Assembly (NCBI GenBank): GCA_050633265.1
Contig: JBOEGE010000005.1
Location: forward strand, 227,413-291,412
Source: Paracoccaceae bacterium
GTDB lineage: Bacteria; Pseudomonadota; Alphaproteobacteria; Rhodobacterales; Rhodobacteraceae
DNA: 64,000 nt
Direction: 5' to 3'
Translations under genes and position numbers: made by a program
In this document: positions 19,113-29,441 of the stretch, piece after piece
Layout: each line of letters begins with the position of its first letter
Numbering within the stretch: the stretch's first letter is position 1
Notes under the pieces: model-generated
What the model saw: the letters and a program-made list of their open reading frames with translations, nothing else
Told to the model about the DNA's origin: nothing
The model's database searches: none

Positions 19113-20066
19113 CTAAACATTTGGCAATTTTGCATTTCTTCCATCAAACACCAGAACGCCCGGCGCCGCGCCGCCCGCCGTTTCAACACCGATCAGCAAG
19201 ACATCCGCGGCCTCAAACTGCGCCGCAAACCAGCCCGCCAACGCCGCTGTATCGCGCACATCCGGCGCACCGCTGCGATCCAAAACCATCTTTGAAGGCG
19301 CCCAAACAATCGTCTGGCCATTCTTCATCGCCCAATCAATCTCGGTCCCGGTTTCAACAACAACACAGCGCGGATCATGCCCGGCAAGCACCCAAGCCTG
19401 CTGCTCAATCGCCAGCAAATCAATGCGCCGCTGTGCAGCAGGCGCGCCCGATGCAGGCCGGGCGCCTTGCCCCAGACCAACGCAGAAAATCAAAGGCTGG
19501 CTGCGCGCCTCAAGCTGATCAATCCAACCGCTCAGATAGGGCGATCCAATCGCCTCTGCACTTAGGCAAACGATCAAGGGCGGCACGATTGGCGCCTCAT
19601 TTTCACCTGCTGCCTCGCCCGCCGCAACAGCCGTTCGAACAATCTCAACCCCCAATGCGCCGGGCCCGCGATCCAATTTCTCAATCCGCACAAAGACCCG
19701 CATCGCGCGCGGCTCGTTTAAAATCCGCTCTGCAATCCGCTCGGCCAATGTCTCCAAAAGATTGAGCCGCTCTGCCTCAAGCTCAAGGCGGATGGCTTCG
19801 GTGATCCGATCATAAGAAAGGATGCGATCCACATCATCCGCAACAGGCCCCTTGCCCGCGCGCACCTCGACGACAATGTTGAAACAGATCCGCTGGCGCA
19901 CGCCGCGCTCGGCCTGAAACGCCCCGATTTCGACCTCAACAATATGATCGCGCAGGGAAATCCGATCCCGCGGCGCCTCATGCCCGGCCTCTTGCGTTGC
20001 CGCAGCGCGCGCTTCGGGGTGATCGAAGGCATGAGAAATATCAGATGTCATCAGGCAAGGCCCCAA
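19113..20066 (-). CDS. folB: dihydroneopterin aldolase with ~180-aa C-terminal extension of unknown function
   Basis: The N-terminal ~130 aa contain VEIGAFQAERGVRQRICFNIVVEV...YDRI...ETLAERIAERIL, as in FolB. The remainder is unassigned. Confidence 0.75.
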   Translation of the reverse strand: MGPCLMTSDISHAFDHPEARAAATQEAGHEAPRDRISLRDHIVEVEIGAFQAERGVRQRICFNIVVEVRAGKGPVADDVDRILSYDRITEAIRLELEAERLNLLETLAERIAERILNEPRAMRVFVRIEKLDRGPGALGVEIVRTAVAAGEAAGENEAPIVPPLIVCLSAEAIGSPYLSGWIDQLEARSQPLIFCVGLGQGARPASGAPAAQRRIDLLAIEQQAWVLAGHDPRCVVVETGTEIDWAMKNGQTIVWAPSKMVLDRSGAPDVRDTAALAGWFAAQFEAADVLLIGVETAGGAAPGVLVFDGRNAKLPNV

Positions 20067-20179
20067 ATGGCGGTTGCCGAAGCTCTAGCGCATTTGGCAG
20101 GCCAAGGCCAGAATGCGCATAGGCATTGCTGGGCGTAAGTTTGCCCAGAAAAATTACAGTTTTGAAGGAAACCGCAGGA

Positions 20180-20860
20180 TCAGGCCTTTGAGCCGGGCAT
20201 GCGGTAGAAATGATGCACACCAATCGTTGTGGTGCGCGGGAATTTACGCGCCCAGCGCGGATTGACCGCCCGCGTGTGATAATGGGTCGCGCCCTTTGTC
20301 AGCGCGCGATTTGCGCCTTTGAGCATCAGAGCGGCGATTTTACCTGCGCGTTGATAAGCGGCCGGCTCGCGGATCACTTCTTTATGGCCGTCGCAAGTAT
20401 AGGTGAACTGGCACTGATAGCGCTTGCCCGTCCCTTGCCGCACAACGCCACAAACGCTGGTTGGAAAACGGCTGCTGTCTTTGCGGTTCAGGATCACTTC
20501 AGCAACGGCAAATTGCCCCTTAACGCTCTCACCGCGCGCCTCAAAATACAGCGCTTCGGTCAGACAGCTCCATGCTTCGCCACCATTGGCGCGGGGCTGG
20601 GCATCAAGCCATTTGCGGCTGTATTGCACGGCTGGTGCCTTGGCCGGGGTCTTGGATGCACTCACAACAGAGCGCGAAATATGCGATGTATCCAGATCGC
20701 GCAACGCCACATGCTCTTGGCCCAAAAGCGCGCTCATTTCGCTGCCCAAAGCAACCGCAGGATCGTTTGAGCTCGAAACCGTTACATCGCCAAACGCCGT
20801 TTGAGCCATGCCCAAACACGCCACTAGGCATACAGCCCGCGTCAATACTCGCATCGTCAT
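20180..20860 (-). CDS. SleB-like cell wall hydrolase (Hydrolase_2 family), secreted
   Basis: Signal peptide, then CLTEALYFEARGESVKGQFAVAEVILNR......VCGVV....QFTY.CDG. Confidence 0.8.
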   Translation of the reverse strand: MTMRVLTRAVCLVACLGMAQTAFGDVTVSSSNDPAVALGSEMSALLGQEHVALRDLDTSHISRSVVSASKTPAKAPAVQYSRKWLDAQPRANGGEAWSCLTEALYFEARGESVKGQFAVAEVILNRKDSSRFPTSVCGVVRQGTGKRYQCQFTYTCDGHKEVIREPAAYQRAGKIAALMLKGANRALTKGATHYHTRAVNPRWARKFPRTTTIGVHHFYRMPGSKA

Positions 20861-21069
20861 TCAGCCCCCAAGGCACACCAAAACAGGCGCCGCAGATCAA
20901 AAGTCAGCGTTCCCTTTAGGGCAAGTTTGCCAAATCGTCCAGCTTTGGGGGTCTCTGGGCCGCGCTTCCCCTACGTCGAAAGAAGGGGATTCGATGTAAA
21001 TGCAAGCGAAAATTCGGCCGAGCACTTGGCCGATCTCAATAAAATCAATACGTTAACTGTTTCGCTTTT

Positions 21070-23664
21070 CTACACAGACTGTTGAATGGCCAAATGCGCC
21101 GCAGCAAGCCGCGCAATAGGCACACGGTAGGGCGAACAGGACACATAATCAAAGCCCGCCGCCCGACAAAAGGCGATAGATTCGGGGTTGCCCCCATGCT
21201 CGCCACAGATCGAAACCGTGATCCCCGGGCGGGCCGCCCGCGCCCGCTCTGCCCCGATCGTCAACAGCTCGCCAACACCCTCAGCATCAAGCGTGTGAAA
21301 CGGATCCTCGGGGAAAACGCCAAGGTTCACATATTGGTTCATAAAGCGCCCCGCATCATCGCGCGAAAGCCCATATGTCATCTGCGTGAGGTCATTCGTC
21401 CCAAAGGAGAGGAACTCGGCGTATTGGGCGATCTCATTGGCGCGCAGGGCGGCGCGTGGCGTTTCAACCATCACCCCAAGCTTATAGTCAAAATCGGCGC
21501 GTTTCTCGGTGCGCACTTCTGCCGCAACCGCATCAATGCGCGCCTTAACCATCTCAACCTCGCGCTTGGCCGAAACCAAGGGGATCATGATCTCGGGCGC
21601 CATTGTTGCGCCCTTCTTGGCCGCCTCAATCGTCGCTTCAAAAATTGCGCGGGCCTGCATGTCGTAAATCTCGGGGATGGTGATCCCAAGGCGCACACCG
21701 CGCATCCCCAACATCGGGTTAAACTCGCCCAAAGCCTCAATCCGGCGCACCACCGTCGAGAGCGGCAAATCAAGCGCATCCGCCAGCTCGCGCATCCCAT
21801 CGCGATCGGAGGGCAGGAATTCATGCAAAGGCGGATCAAACAGGCGAATGCAAACCGGCCGCCCCGACATGATCTGAAACAGCTCGCGAAAATCGGCCCG
21901 CTGCATGGGCAAAAGCCGGGCCAAAGCCTCGGCGCGATCCGGCGCCTCATCGGCAAAAATCATCTCGCGCATCACCGTGAGCCGCTCACCCTCAAAGAAC
22001 ATATGCTCTGTGCGGCAAAGCCCGATGCCCTCGGCCTGAAAATTGCGCGCAACGGCCGCATCAGCAGGCGTATCCGCATTGGCCCGAACACCAATATCAC
22101 GCGCCTCATCGGCCCAATCCATCAAAGACTGAAACGCATCATCAAGCGCAGGCTCAAGCATCACCGCCGCCCCAACAAGCGCTTGGCCCGCCGTGCCATC
22201 AAGGGTGATCAAATCGCCCTCATGGAAAAGGCGGCCATCCGCGGCGCGCAATGTCTTCTCGCGCAGATTGATCTTGATCCCGTTCGCCCCAACAATACAG
22301 GGCAGCCCAAGCCCGCGCGCAATCACCGCCGCGTGGCTGGTCATCCCGCCGCGCTCGGTCAAAACCCCAACAGAAGAATGCATGCCGCGAATATCCTCAG
22401 GCGCGGTTTCCCGGCGCACAAGGATGCAAGCCTCACCGCGCGCCGCCGAGGCCTGCGCCGCAGAAGAAGACAAAACGATCCGCCCAACCGCCCCGCCCGG
22501 CGAGGCGCCAATACCGCGCACGAATGGGTCGCGCGTCCCCTCTTGATCGACCTGCGGGTGCAGCAGCTCAGAAAGCGAGCGCGGCGCAATGCGGGTCACC
22601 GCCTCGCGCTCAGGGATCACCCCATCACGCGCAAGCGCAACCGCGATCCGAACCGCCGCCCGCGCCGAGCGCTGAACCCGCACCGCATCCAAAATAGAGA
22701 GCTGCCCGCCCTCAATGGTAAACTCGATCTGCATCTCTTCACGCAGCTTGATCCGGCACAAAGCCCCATAAGCGATCAAGGTTTGAAATATCTCTGGTTC
22801 AAGCTCTTCAAGCGAGGGCCCGCGCGTATCGCGGGTCAAAAAGATCGTGCCCTTATCGCCGCTCAGCGCATCGCGCCCTTGGCTTTGGCTCAGATAGCGC
22901 CCCTTAACCTTGGGCAGGCCCGTGCCCCCATCGACAAATTGAATAACCCCAGAACCGCTCTGCGCCGGGCCAATTCCAAGCGCCATCTGCTGCACAACAA
23001 GCCCAAGCCCCGCATCCGCAGGCGCGCCCTTGGCCTGGCGCAGCAATCGCGCCGATGTGCCCTCCCATGCCCGCGCCATCGAGCGCAAAACTTCCGTAAG
23101 CTGCGCGCCAGTATCTTGGGGGAAGCTCTCATCTGTCTCATCTTGATAGGCCTGAAGCGCCGCTTGAAGCGCATCCGCCCCCTGCCCCTTGTCCAATTCG
23201 AACATTTCAGGGTCCAAACGGGCCACATGAATGGAGTATGCTTGCACAAATCGAAGATAAAGCGCATCCGCCGTGGCTTGGCCATGGCTCTTGATCAATT
23301 CGGCGTGGCGCGCATCATTCATCCCGATATTCAGGATCGCCCCCGGCCCGCCCCAATCCGGATCCGCCGAAGACGGGCGCACAGACAGAAGCGGCGCGGC
23401 GCCAAAATGCTTCAAGAGCGCCTTTGCTTCGGGGCGCTGTCCGGCGGCAATCTTGTGAACCGCATCAAAGGACAAAGCCACTGTTTCAGGCACAGGCAGA
23501 TCGAGCCGGATCAGCCGCTGCAAGCATTTCGCCCGCCCGCCATGGGTCTCTGTTGCGATGGGGGCAACGCGGCGAATACGCGTAAACCCGGAAAATTCGA
23601 CGTCTTGCTGCACTGCGGCGCTCCTGTGATCGCCAAAGGATATACCCCCGCGCAGATCATGCAA
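21070..23664 (-). CDS. ppdK: pyruvate, phosphate dikinase
   Basis: GGMTSHAAVIARGLGLPCIVG (phospho-His loop), GLCRTEHMFF, SFGTNDLTQ and ICGEHGG. The N-terminal ~40 aa and the start are uncertain. Confidence 0.9.
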   Translation of the reverse strand: MHDLRGGISFGDHRSAAVQQDVEFSGFTRIRRVAPIATETHGGRAKCLQRLIRLDLPVPETVALSFDAVHKIAAGQRPEAKALLKHFGAAPLLSVRPSSADPDWGGPGAILNIGMNDARHAELIKSHGQATADALYLRFVQAYSIHVARLDPEMFELDKGQGADALQAALQAYQDETDESFPQDTGAQLTEVLRSMARAWEGTSARLLRQAKGAPADAGLGLVVQQMALGIGPAQSGSGVIQFVDGGTGLPKVKGRYLSQSQGRDALSGDKGTIFLTRDTRGPSLEELEPEIFQTLIAYGALCRIKLREEMQIEFTIEGGQLSILDAVRVQRSARAAVRIAVALARDGVIPEREAVTRIAPRSLSELLHPQVDQEGTRDPFVRGIGASPGGAVGRIVLSSSAAQASAARGEACILVRRETAPEDIRGMHSSVGVLTERGGMTSHAAVIARGLGLPCIVGANGIKINLREKTLRAADGRLFHEGDLITLDGTAGQALVGAAVMLEPALDDAFQSLMDWADEARDIGVRANADTPADAAVARNFQAEGIGLCRTEHMFFEGERLTVMREMIFADEAPDRAEALARLLPMQRADFRELFQIMSGRPVCIRLFDPPLHEFLPSDRDGMRELADALDLPLSTVVRRIEALGEFNPMLGMRGVRLGITIPEIYDMQARAIFEATIEAAKKGATMAPEIMIPLVSAKREVEMVKARIDAVAAEVRTEKRADFDYKLGVMVETPRAALRANEIAQYAEFLSFGTNDLTQMTYGLSRDDAGRFMNQYVNLGVFPEDPFHTLDAEGVGELLTIGAERARAARPGITVSICGEHGGNPESIAFCRAAGFDYVSCSPYRVPIARLAAAHLAIQQSV

Positions 23665-23685
23665 TGGAAACGTTACAGAATTGTC

Positions 23686-25914
23686 TTATTGGCCATCAAT
23701 CCGGTTCAGATCGGCCACAGAAAGGCAGATGCCGCGAATACGCGCGAGCAGATTAAGCCGATTGCGCCGCACGACCTGTTTGTCGGAATTGACCTGCACC
23801 GCCTCAAAAAACGCATCAATCGGGGCGCGCAAACTGGCCATGGCCTCCATCGCGGCGGTGAAATCTTCGGCCTTCATCGCAGGGGCAATTGCGCTGTCCG
23901 CCGCATCCAATGCCGCAAACAAAGCCCGCTCAACATCCTCTTCGGCATATTTGATATCCGCGCCAAAGGAATATTCGACCCCGTCTTTTTCCTCAGCCTG
24001 GGTGAGGATATTGTTGGCGCGCTTAAACCCAGCAAGCAGGTTTTCGCCATCATCCGTGGCCAGCATCGCGCCCAAAGCCCGCGCGCGTTTGACCAAAAGC
24101 GTGAGATCATCATTGCCCGGCATCCCGATACAGGCATCAATCACATCGTGGCGAATGCCCTCTTCGCGCAGGTGCACCTTGAGGCGATCGTGCAAAAACG
24201 CCAGCAAATCGGCCGAACGATCCGGCAATTCCGCCTGAACGCGCGCAATCTCATCCGGGGCCTCGCCCTCAAGCGCATCAATCACCGTGCGCGCCGCCGC
24301 GCCAAAGACGCCGTGATCGGCGATCTCATCGAGCATGTTTTGCAGCAGTTTGACGGCCGCGCCATTGCCATTCTGCGCAATCTCGTGGCGCAAAAGCTGA
24401 TTGCCGATGAAGTGATCCAAAGGCAGGCGTGCCTCGCGATCAAGGATGATGCGGATCACCCCAAGCGCCGCACGGCGCAGCGCAAAGGGATCTTTTGAGC
24501 CGGTCGGCTTTTCATCAATCGCCCAAAACCCTGTGAGCGTATCAAGCTTATCGGCCAGCGCGACAGTGGCCGCAACCGCGCCAGTTGGCACATCATCCGA
24601 GGGGCCGAGCGGCGAATAATGCTGCTCACAAGCCTGCGCCACCTCATCCGGATAGCCCGCCGCTTGCGCATAGTAGCGCCCCATAAGCCCTTGAAGTTCG
24701 GGGAATTCATAGACCATCTCAGAGCTGAGATCGGCCTTGGCAACCTCAGCCGCCTGTTTGGCCAGCTTCTCATCCGCGCCAATGGGTTTGGCCAGCCCCG
24801 CGGCCAAAGCTTTGATCCGCGCGATGCGATCGGCCTGAGAGCCGAGCTTGTTGTGAAAGGTCACATTGGAAAGGCGGGCTGTCCAGTCTTCCATGCCGCT
24901 TTTGGCAACGCGAAGATCGTTTTCCCAGAAGAATTTCGCATCTGAAAGCCGCGCCGCCAGAACCTTTTGATTGCCCGCCAATACGGTCGCGCCATTGTCG
25001 GCGGTTTCGCGGTTGGCAACGGTGATGAATTTCTCAATCCGGCCAGTCTTGGGATTGCGCACAGAGAAGAATTTCTGATGCTCTTTCATCGAGGTTTGCA
25101 GCACTTCGGGCGGCAGGCCAAGGAAATCCTCGCCAATCTCGCCCATGAGCACGACAGGCCATTCGACCAGCCCGGCAACCTCGGCCAGAAGACCATTATC
25201 TTCAACCAATTCAAGGCCTTGCGCAAAGGCCATATTCTGGGCGTCGGCTTTGATATGTTCGGCGCGGCTGGCGCCGTCAAGGATCACATTGGCGCGTTTG
25301 AGCTTGGCTTGGTAATCGTCAAACGAGCTGACCGAAAAGCGCGCAGGCCCCATGAAACGGTGCCCCTCAGTGCTGTCGCCCGCGACGATTCCATCGACAT
25401 CGAGCGGCACAATCTGCGCGCCGGCCTCATCCGTTAGAATGCACAAGATCGAATGCAGCGGGCGCACCCAGCGCAATGAACCTGCCCCCCAGCGCATGGA
25501 TTTGGGCCATGGGAAATTGCGGATCGCGGCCTCAAGCACCTGCGCAACGATTTCGGCGGCGGGGCGCCCTTCGCGGGTGATCGAAGCAAAGAACACTTGG
25601 CCCTTTTTCTCATCGCGAATTTCCAGATCATCGCGGGTTAGCCCAGTTGCGCGCAAAAAGCCCTCAACCGCCTTATCGGGCGCATCAACGCGGGGGCCTT
25701 TGCGCTCTTCGCGCGTGGTTGGGCTCTCGGCGGTGAGGCCCTCAACCGAAAGCGCAAGGCGGCGCGGGGTCGAAAACGCGCCCGCCGAGCCATAGGTCAG
25801 CCCTGCATCAACAAGCCCGTCCGTGATCAGTTTTTGCAGATCAGCGCAGGCGCGCGCCTGCATACGGGCGGGGATTTCTTCGCTAAAGAGCTCGATCAGA
25901 AGATCCGGCATCAT
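23686..25914 (-). CDS. glyS: glycine--tRNA ligase beta subunit
   Basis: [18 protein letters not shown] plus a full-length GlyS-like pattern. Start/stop overlap with the upstream gene. Confidence 0.93.
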   Translation of the reverse strand: MMPDLLIELFSEEIPARMQARACADLQKLITDGLVDAGLTYGSAGAFSTPRRLALSVEGLTAESPTTREERKGPRVDAPDKAVEGFLRATGLTRDDLEIRDEKKGQVFFASITREGRPAAEIVAQVLEAAIRNFPWPKSMRWGAGSLRWVRPLHSILCILTDEAGAQIVPLDVDGIVAGDSTEGHRFMGPARFSVSSFDDYQAKLKRANVILDGASRAEHIKADAQNMAFAQGLELVEDNGLLAEVAGLVEWPVVLMGEIGEDFLGLPPEVLQTSMKEHQKFFSVRNPKTGRIEKFITVANRETADNGATVLAGNQKVLAARLSDAKFFWENDLRVAKSGMEDWTARLSNVTFHNKLGSQADRIARIKALAAGLAKPIGADEKLAKQAAEVAKADLSSEMVYEFPELQGLMGRYYAQAAGYPDEVAQACEQHYSPLGPSDDVPTGAVAATVALADKLDTLTGFWAIDEKPTGSKDPFALRRAALGVIRIILDREARLPLDHFIGNQLLRHEIAQNGNGAAVKLLQNMLDEIADHGVFGAAARTVIDALEGEAPDEIARVQAELPDRSADLLAFLHDRLKVHLREEGIRHDVIDACIGMPGNDDLTLLVKRARALGAMLATDDGENLLAGFKRANNILTQAEEKDGVEYSFGADIKYAEEDVERALFAALDAADSAIAPAMKAEDFTAAMEAMASLRAPIDAFFEAVQVNSDKQVVRRNRLNLLARIRGICLSVADLNRIDGQ

Positions 25915-26471
25915 TCAGTCCTTTCAGGGGCTTGAGGCGCATCCGCCCCAACTTCGGGCGCGGGCGGGCAGCCCTCGGGCGCAGGGTTGCCATCAAATAC
26001 GGTCTCCCCGCAGGCATTGATCTGATGCCAGGCATAGGCGCGCCCATCCTCAAAAACCGCGATCACCCGATCAATGCCATAATGAATATTCTCTTCGCCC
26101 AAAAAGGCCGTCGCTTCGCCCTCTTCCAGCGCTTTGCCAATGGCTTTGGCATCAAAACACTCAAACCAGCCCGGCGCGACATTTGGCTCGGGATTGAGAT
26201 AAGTCTCATAGGTTTCGGTCATCATCGCGGTCGACATGGGCAGGGTAAAACAGGCCCGATAGCGGATCGGTGAGGAATTTGCATCAATCCCCTCAAAGCC
26301 CTCAGACGGAACGATTTCTGCCTCGCCAAACAGGGTCGTCATGCGCACATCCCCCCCCTGCACAGAGGCTGGGATCGGCTCGTAAAAGCCGTATTCCTGA
26401 AAATAATACATCGCGCTGCCAACGATCAGAGCTGTAATCACAATCACACCTGCCAGTATTTTACCCATCAT
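25911..26471 (-). CDS. membrane-anchored protein of unknown function, inserted between glyQ and glyS
   Basis: One N-terminal TM helix ([20 protein letters not shown]). Translationally coupled on both sides (4-nt overlaps). Confidence 0.65.
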   Translation of the reverse strand: MMGKILAGVIVITALIVGSAMYYFQEYGFYEPIPASVQGGDVRMTTLFGEAEIVPSEGFEGIDANSSPIRYRACFTLPMSTAMMTETYETYLNPEPNVAPGWFECFDAKAIGKALEEGEATAFLGEENIHYGIDRVIAVFEDGRAYAWHQINACGETVFDGNPAPEGCPPAPEVGADAPQAPERTE

Positions 26472-27409
26472 CCGCGCGCTGCCTCATATCCGCCAGCATC
26501 CGTGAGAACAAATGCATCCGCGCAGGCCTTGGAGAGATTGCGCACCCGGCCAATATAGGCTTGGCGCTCGGTCACCGAAATAACCCCGCGTGCGTCCAAA
26601 AGGTTGAACAGATGGCTCGCTTTGATGCATTGATCATAGGCCGGATGGGCCATGATGATCCGCTTGCCGGTTTTGGGATCAATCGCCTCTTGCGCGAGGA
26701 TCGCTTCGCATTCGGCCTCGGCCTCTTCAAAATGGCGCAGCAACACATCCGTATTGGCCACATCGAAATTCCAGCGCGAATATTCCTGTTCGGTTTGGCG
26801 GAACACATCGCCATAGGTCAGCGGGATCGGCGCGCTTGGATCATTATAGGGCATATCCATCACATGATCCGCACCAAGCACATACATCGCAAGGCGCTCA
26901 AGGCCATAGGTCAGCTCGCCCGAAACAGGGTGGCAATCATGGCCGCCCACTTGCTGAAAATAAGTAAATTGCGAGACTTCCATCCCATCGCACCAAACTT
27001 CCCAGCCAAGACCCCATGCGCCAAGCGTCGGGCTTTCCCAATCATCCTCAACAAAGCGGATGTCGTGCATCTCCATGTCGATCCCGATCGCTTCAAGCGA
27101 GCCGAGATAAAGCGCCTGAAGGTTGGGCGGGCTTGGTTTGATCACAACTTGGTATTGGTAATAATGCTGAAGGCGGTTTGGATTCTCGCCGTAGCGCCCG
27201 TCCGTTGGCCGGCGCGATGGCTGAACATAAGCCGCCGCCCAAGGCCGATTGCCCAAAGCGCGCAGCGTTGTGGCCGGGTGAAATGTGCCCGCGCCCACTT
27301 CCATATCATAGGGTTGCAGCGCCGCGCAGCCCTGTGCCGCCCAGTAAGCTTGGAGCCGCAGGATAATTTCCTGAAAACTTTTCGGCGGATTGGATGTGCT
27401 GCTGGCCAT
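26468..27409 (-). CDS. glyQ: glycine--tRNA ligase alpha subunit
   Basis: [34 protein letters not shown] and [26 protein letters not shown]. Confidence 0.95.
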   Translation of the reverse strand: MASSTSNPPKSFQEIILRLQAYWAAQGCAALQPYDMEVGAGTFHPATTLRALGNRPWAAAYVQPSRRPTDGRYGENPNRLQHYYQYQVVIKPSPPNLQALYLGSLEAIGIDMEMHDIRFVEDDWESPTLGAWGLGWEVWCDGMEVSQFTYFQQVGGHDCHPVSGELTYGLERLAMYVLGADHVMDMPYNDPSAPIPLTYGDVFRQTEQEYSRWNFDVANTDVLLRHFEEAEAECEAILAQEAIDPKTGKRIIMAHPAYDQCIKASHLFNLLDARGVISVTERQAYIGRVRNLSKACADAFVLTDAGGYEAARG

Positions 27410-27566
27410 GGCTGCCCCCTTACTAAAGCGGGTCCTGATTAGGCGAGCTACAGCGCAGGGTCAATTGCGCGTGACATGATATTGACCTTTCACCTGTTTC
27501 TGTTTTCTTGCTAGAGGGAAGTGACGCTGCGCCAATTGGCAGCGTTAGGGAATAGAGTAAGGGCAT

Positions 27567-29324
27567 ATGACAAGAAATTTTAAGGCCATCTGGCTAGTAA
27601 CAATCGTTTTTCTGGCCGCTTTTGGCGCGCCGCACACCGCAACCGCACAACAAAGCGTTTGGATTCAGATCGAGGCGCAACCAAGCCTTCGAGAAGCTGA
27701 AGCCCGCGCGCGCGATTATTCTGCCCAAATCGGCAATGTCGCAGGCTTTGCGCTTGGATCGGGCTGGTATGGCATCGCGCTTGGGCCGTTTTCGCCCGAT
27801 GATGCGCAATCAACCCTGCGCCAATTGCGCCGGGATCGCCAAATCCCCTCCGACAGCTATATCGCCGATGGCGCAAGCTATCGCCGCCAGTTCTGGCCCG
27901 TGGGGGGCGCCGCAATCGCAAGTGCTGCGCCAAACACCCCCGCGCCAAGCCTGACCCAACCCGCCATCGGCGCAACCCCGGCCGCCCAACCGACCCCCCC
28001 AGCCCCGCTTGACGAAACGCCCGCACAGGCGCGCCGCTCTGAGCGCGAGCTGAACCGAGAAGCGCGCGAGGCCCTTCAAATCGCGATGCAATGGGAAGGC
28101 GTCTACACCAGCGCGATTGACGGCGCTTTTGGCCCCGGCACCCGCAAAGCCATGGCCGCCTGGCAGGATATGAACGGCTATGAAGCGACCGGTATCTTAA
28201 CCTCCAAACAGCGCGCAGCTCTGCTCAAAGGCTATGCGGATGTTCTGGCCGCTCTGGCGCTTGCCCCTGTGCAAGATGATGTCGCAGGGATCCAGGTTGA
28301 AATGCCAACCGGCATGGTTGAATTCGATCGCTACGAGCCGCCATTTGCCCATTACAAAGCCAAAGATGGCTCTGGCGTGCGGGTTGTCCTGATCAGCCAA
28401 AGCGGTGATCGCGCCTCGCTTGGTGGGCTTTATGACATCATGCAAACGCTTGAAATCGTCCCTGTTGAGGGCGAACGCAACATCGGCAAATCGAGCTTCA
28501 CCCTCACCGGCACCAATGCAAGCATCGCCTCTCATACCTATGCCGCACTTGAGGGCGGGCAAATCAAAGGGTTCAGCCTGATCTGGCCCGCCGGGGATGA
28601 ACGCCGCCGCAATATGGCTGTCAAAGCGATGGAGGCCTCGTTCACGCCGATTGAGGGCCTGCTGCCGGATGTCTACGGTGAAACCGCCGCACAAAGCATT
28701 GACCTTCTCTCAGGCTTGGAAATCCGCAGCGCCGACACAACGGCAACCGGCTTTTACGTTGATAGCACGGGCCAAGTCCTCACGACCGCCGCCGCGCTTG
28801 ATCAATGCAGCCGCATCACGCTCGATGATAGCTATGATGCTGAAATCATCGCCCAAAACGCTGATTTTGCCCTGCTCAAACCAAGCGAGGCGCTCTCGCC
28901 TATGGGCTTTGCTGCGTTTCAGCCGGGCATTCCGCGGCTCAACGCTGAGGTCGCCGTTTCGGGCTATAGCTATGGCGGGCGGCTTCCAGCCCCATCGCTG
29001 ACCTATGGCGCCTTGGCCGAGCTTAAGGGCCTAGACGGCAATGAAGATGTGATCCGGCTTGCGCTTGCGGCCCTTCCCGGCGATGCGGGCGCACCTGTCT
29101 ATGATGGGCGCGGCTCGGTTCTTGGGATGCTCTTGGGGCAAAGCAAAGGCGCGCGCGCCCTGCCTGCCGAGGTTAGCCTTGCGGCCAATATGGAAAGCAT
29201 CGTGCGCTTCCTCTCGGACAATGGGATCAGCCCGGCAGCCAGCGAAGGCGGCGCCGATCTGCAACCCGAAGACCTGATCAAACAGGCCACAGACATGACC
29301 GTTTTGGTGGGCTGCTGGAAGTAA
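27567..29324 (+). CDS. secreted SPOR + peptidoglycan-binding(PG_binding_1) + trypsin-like domain protein, apparently lacking catalytic His and Ser
   Basis: Signal peptide. SPOR-like VWIQIEAQPS...GWYGIALGPF. PG-binding ALQ..MQWEGVYTSAIDGAFGPGTRKAM. Chymotrypsin-fold C-terminus with VLTTAAAL where LTNAHV is expected and GDAGAP where GDSGGP is expected. Confidence 0.7.
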   Translation: MTRNFKAIWLVTIVFLAAFGAPHTATAQQSVWIQIEAQPSLREAEARARDYSAQIGNVAGFALGSGWYGIALGPFSPDDAQSTLRQLRRDRQIPSDSYIADGASYRRQFWPVGGAAIASAAPNTPAPSLTQPAIGATPAAQPTPPAPLDETPAQARRSERELNREAREALQIAMQWEGVYTSAIDGAFGPGTRKAMAAWQDMNGYEATGILTSKQRAALLKGYADVLAALALAPVQDDVAGIQVEMPTGMVEFDRYEPPFAHYKAKDGSGVRVVLISQSGDRASLGGLYDIMQTLEIVPVEGERNIGKSSFTLTGTNASIASHTYAALEGGQIKGFSLIWPAGDERRRNMAVKAMEASFTPIEGLLPDVYGETAAQSIDLLSGLEIRSADTTATGFYVDSTGQVLTTAAALDQCSRITLDDSYDAEIIAQNADFALLKPSEALSPMGFAAFQPGIPRLNAEVAVSGYSYGGRLPAPSLTYGALAELKGLDGNEDVIRLALAALPGDAGAPVYDGRGSVLGMLLGQSKGARALPAEVSLAANMESIVRFLSDNGISPAASEGGADLQPEDLIKQATDMTVLVGCWK

Positions 29325-29346
29325 TCACCCACCTGTCATCAACGAT

Positions 29347-29386
29347 AAGGGCGCCGCAGGATCATCCCCGCAGCGCCCTTTTTCTT
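29347..29386 (+). terminator. intrinsic terminator
   Basis: AAGGGCGC..GCGCCCTT hairpin followed by TTTCTTT. Confidence 0.6.
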
Positions 29387-29441
29387 TGGCCGCTCCCGCG
29401 CCACCACAGCAGCCGCGAACCCCGCCGCAAACCCAACCCGC

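Noticed and set aside
18018-19295. 425-aa plus-strand ORF
   Set aside because: It is antisense to folP/folB, with an extremely Arg/His-rich translation and no motifs.
21082-24498. 1138-aa plus-strand ORF, the longest in the track
   Set aside because: It lies antisense to ppdK and glyS, which both have unmistakable motifs. Its translation is Arg/His/Lys/Pro-rich low-complexity sequence, typical of the reverse frame of GC-rich genes.
26561-27442. 293-aa plus-strand ORF
   Set aside because: It is antisense to glyQ.
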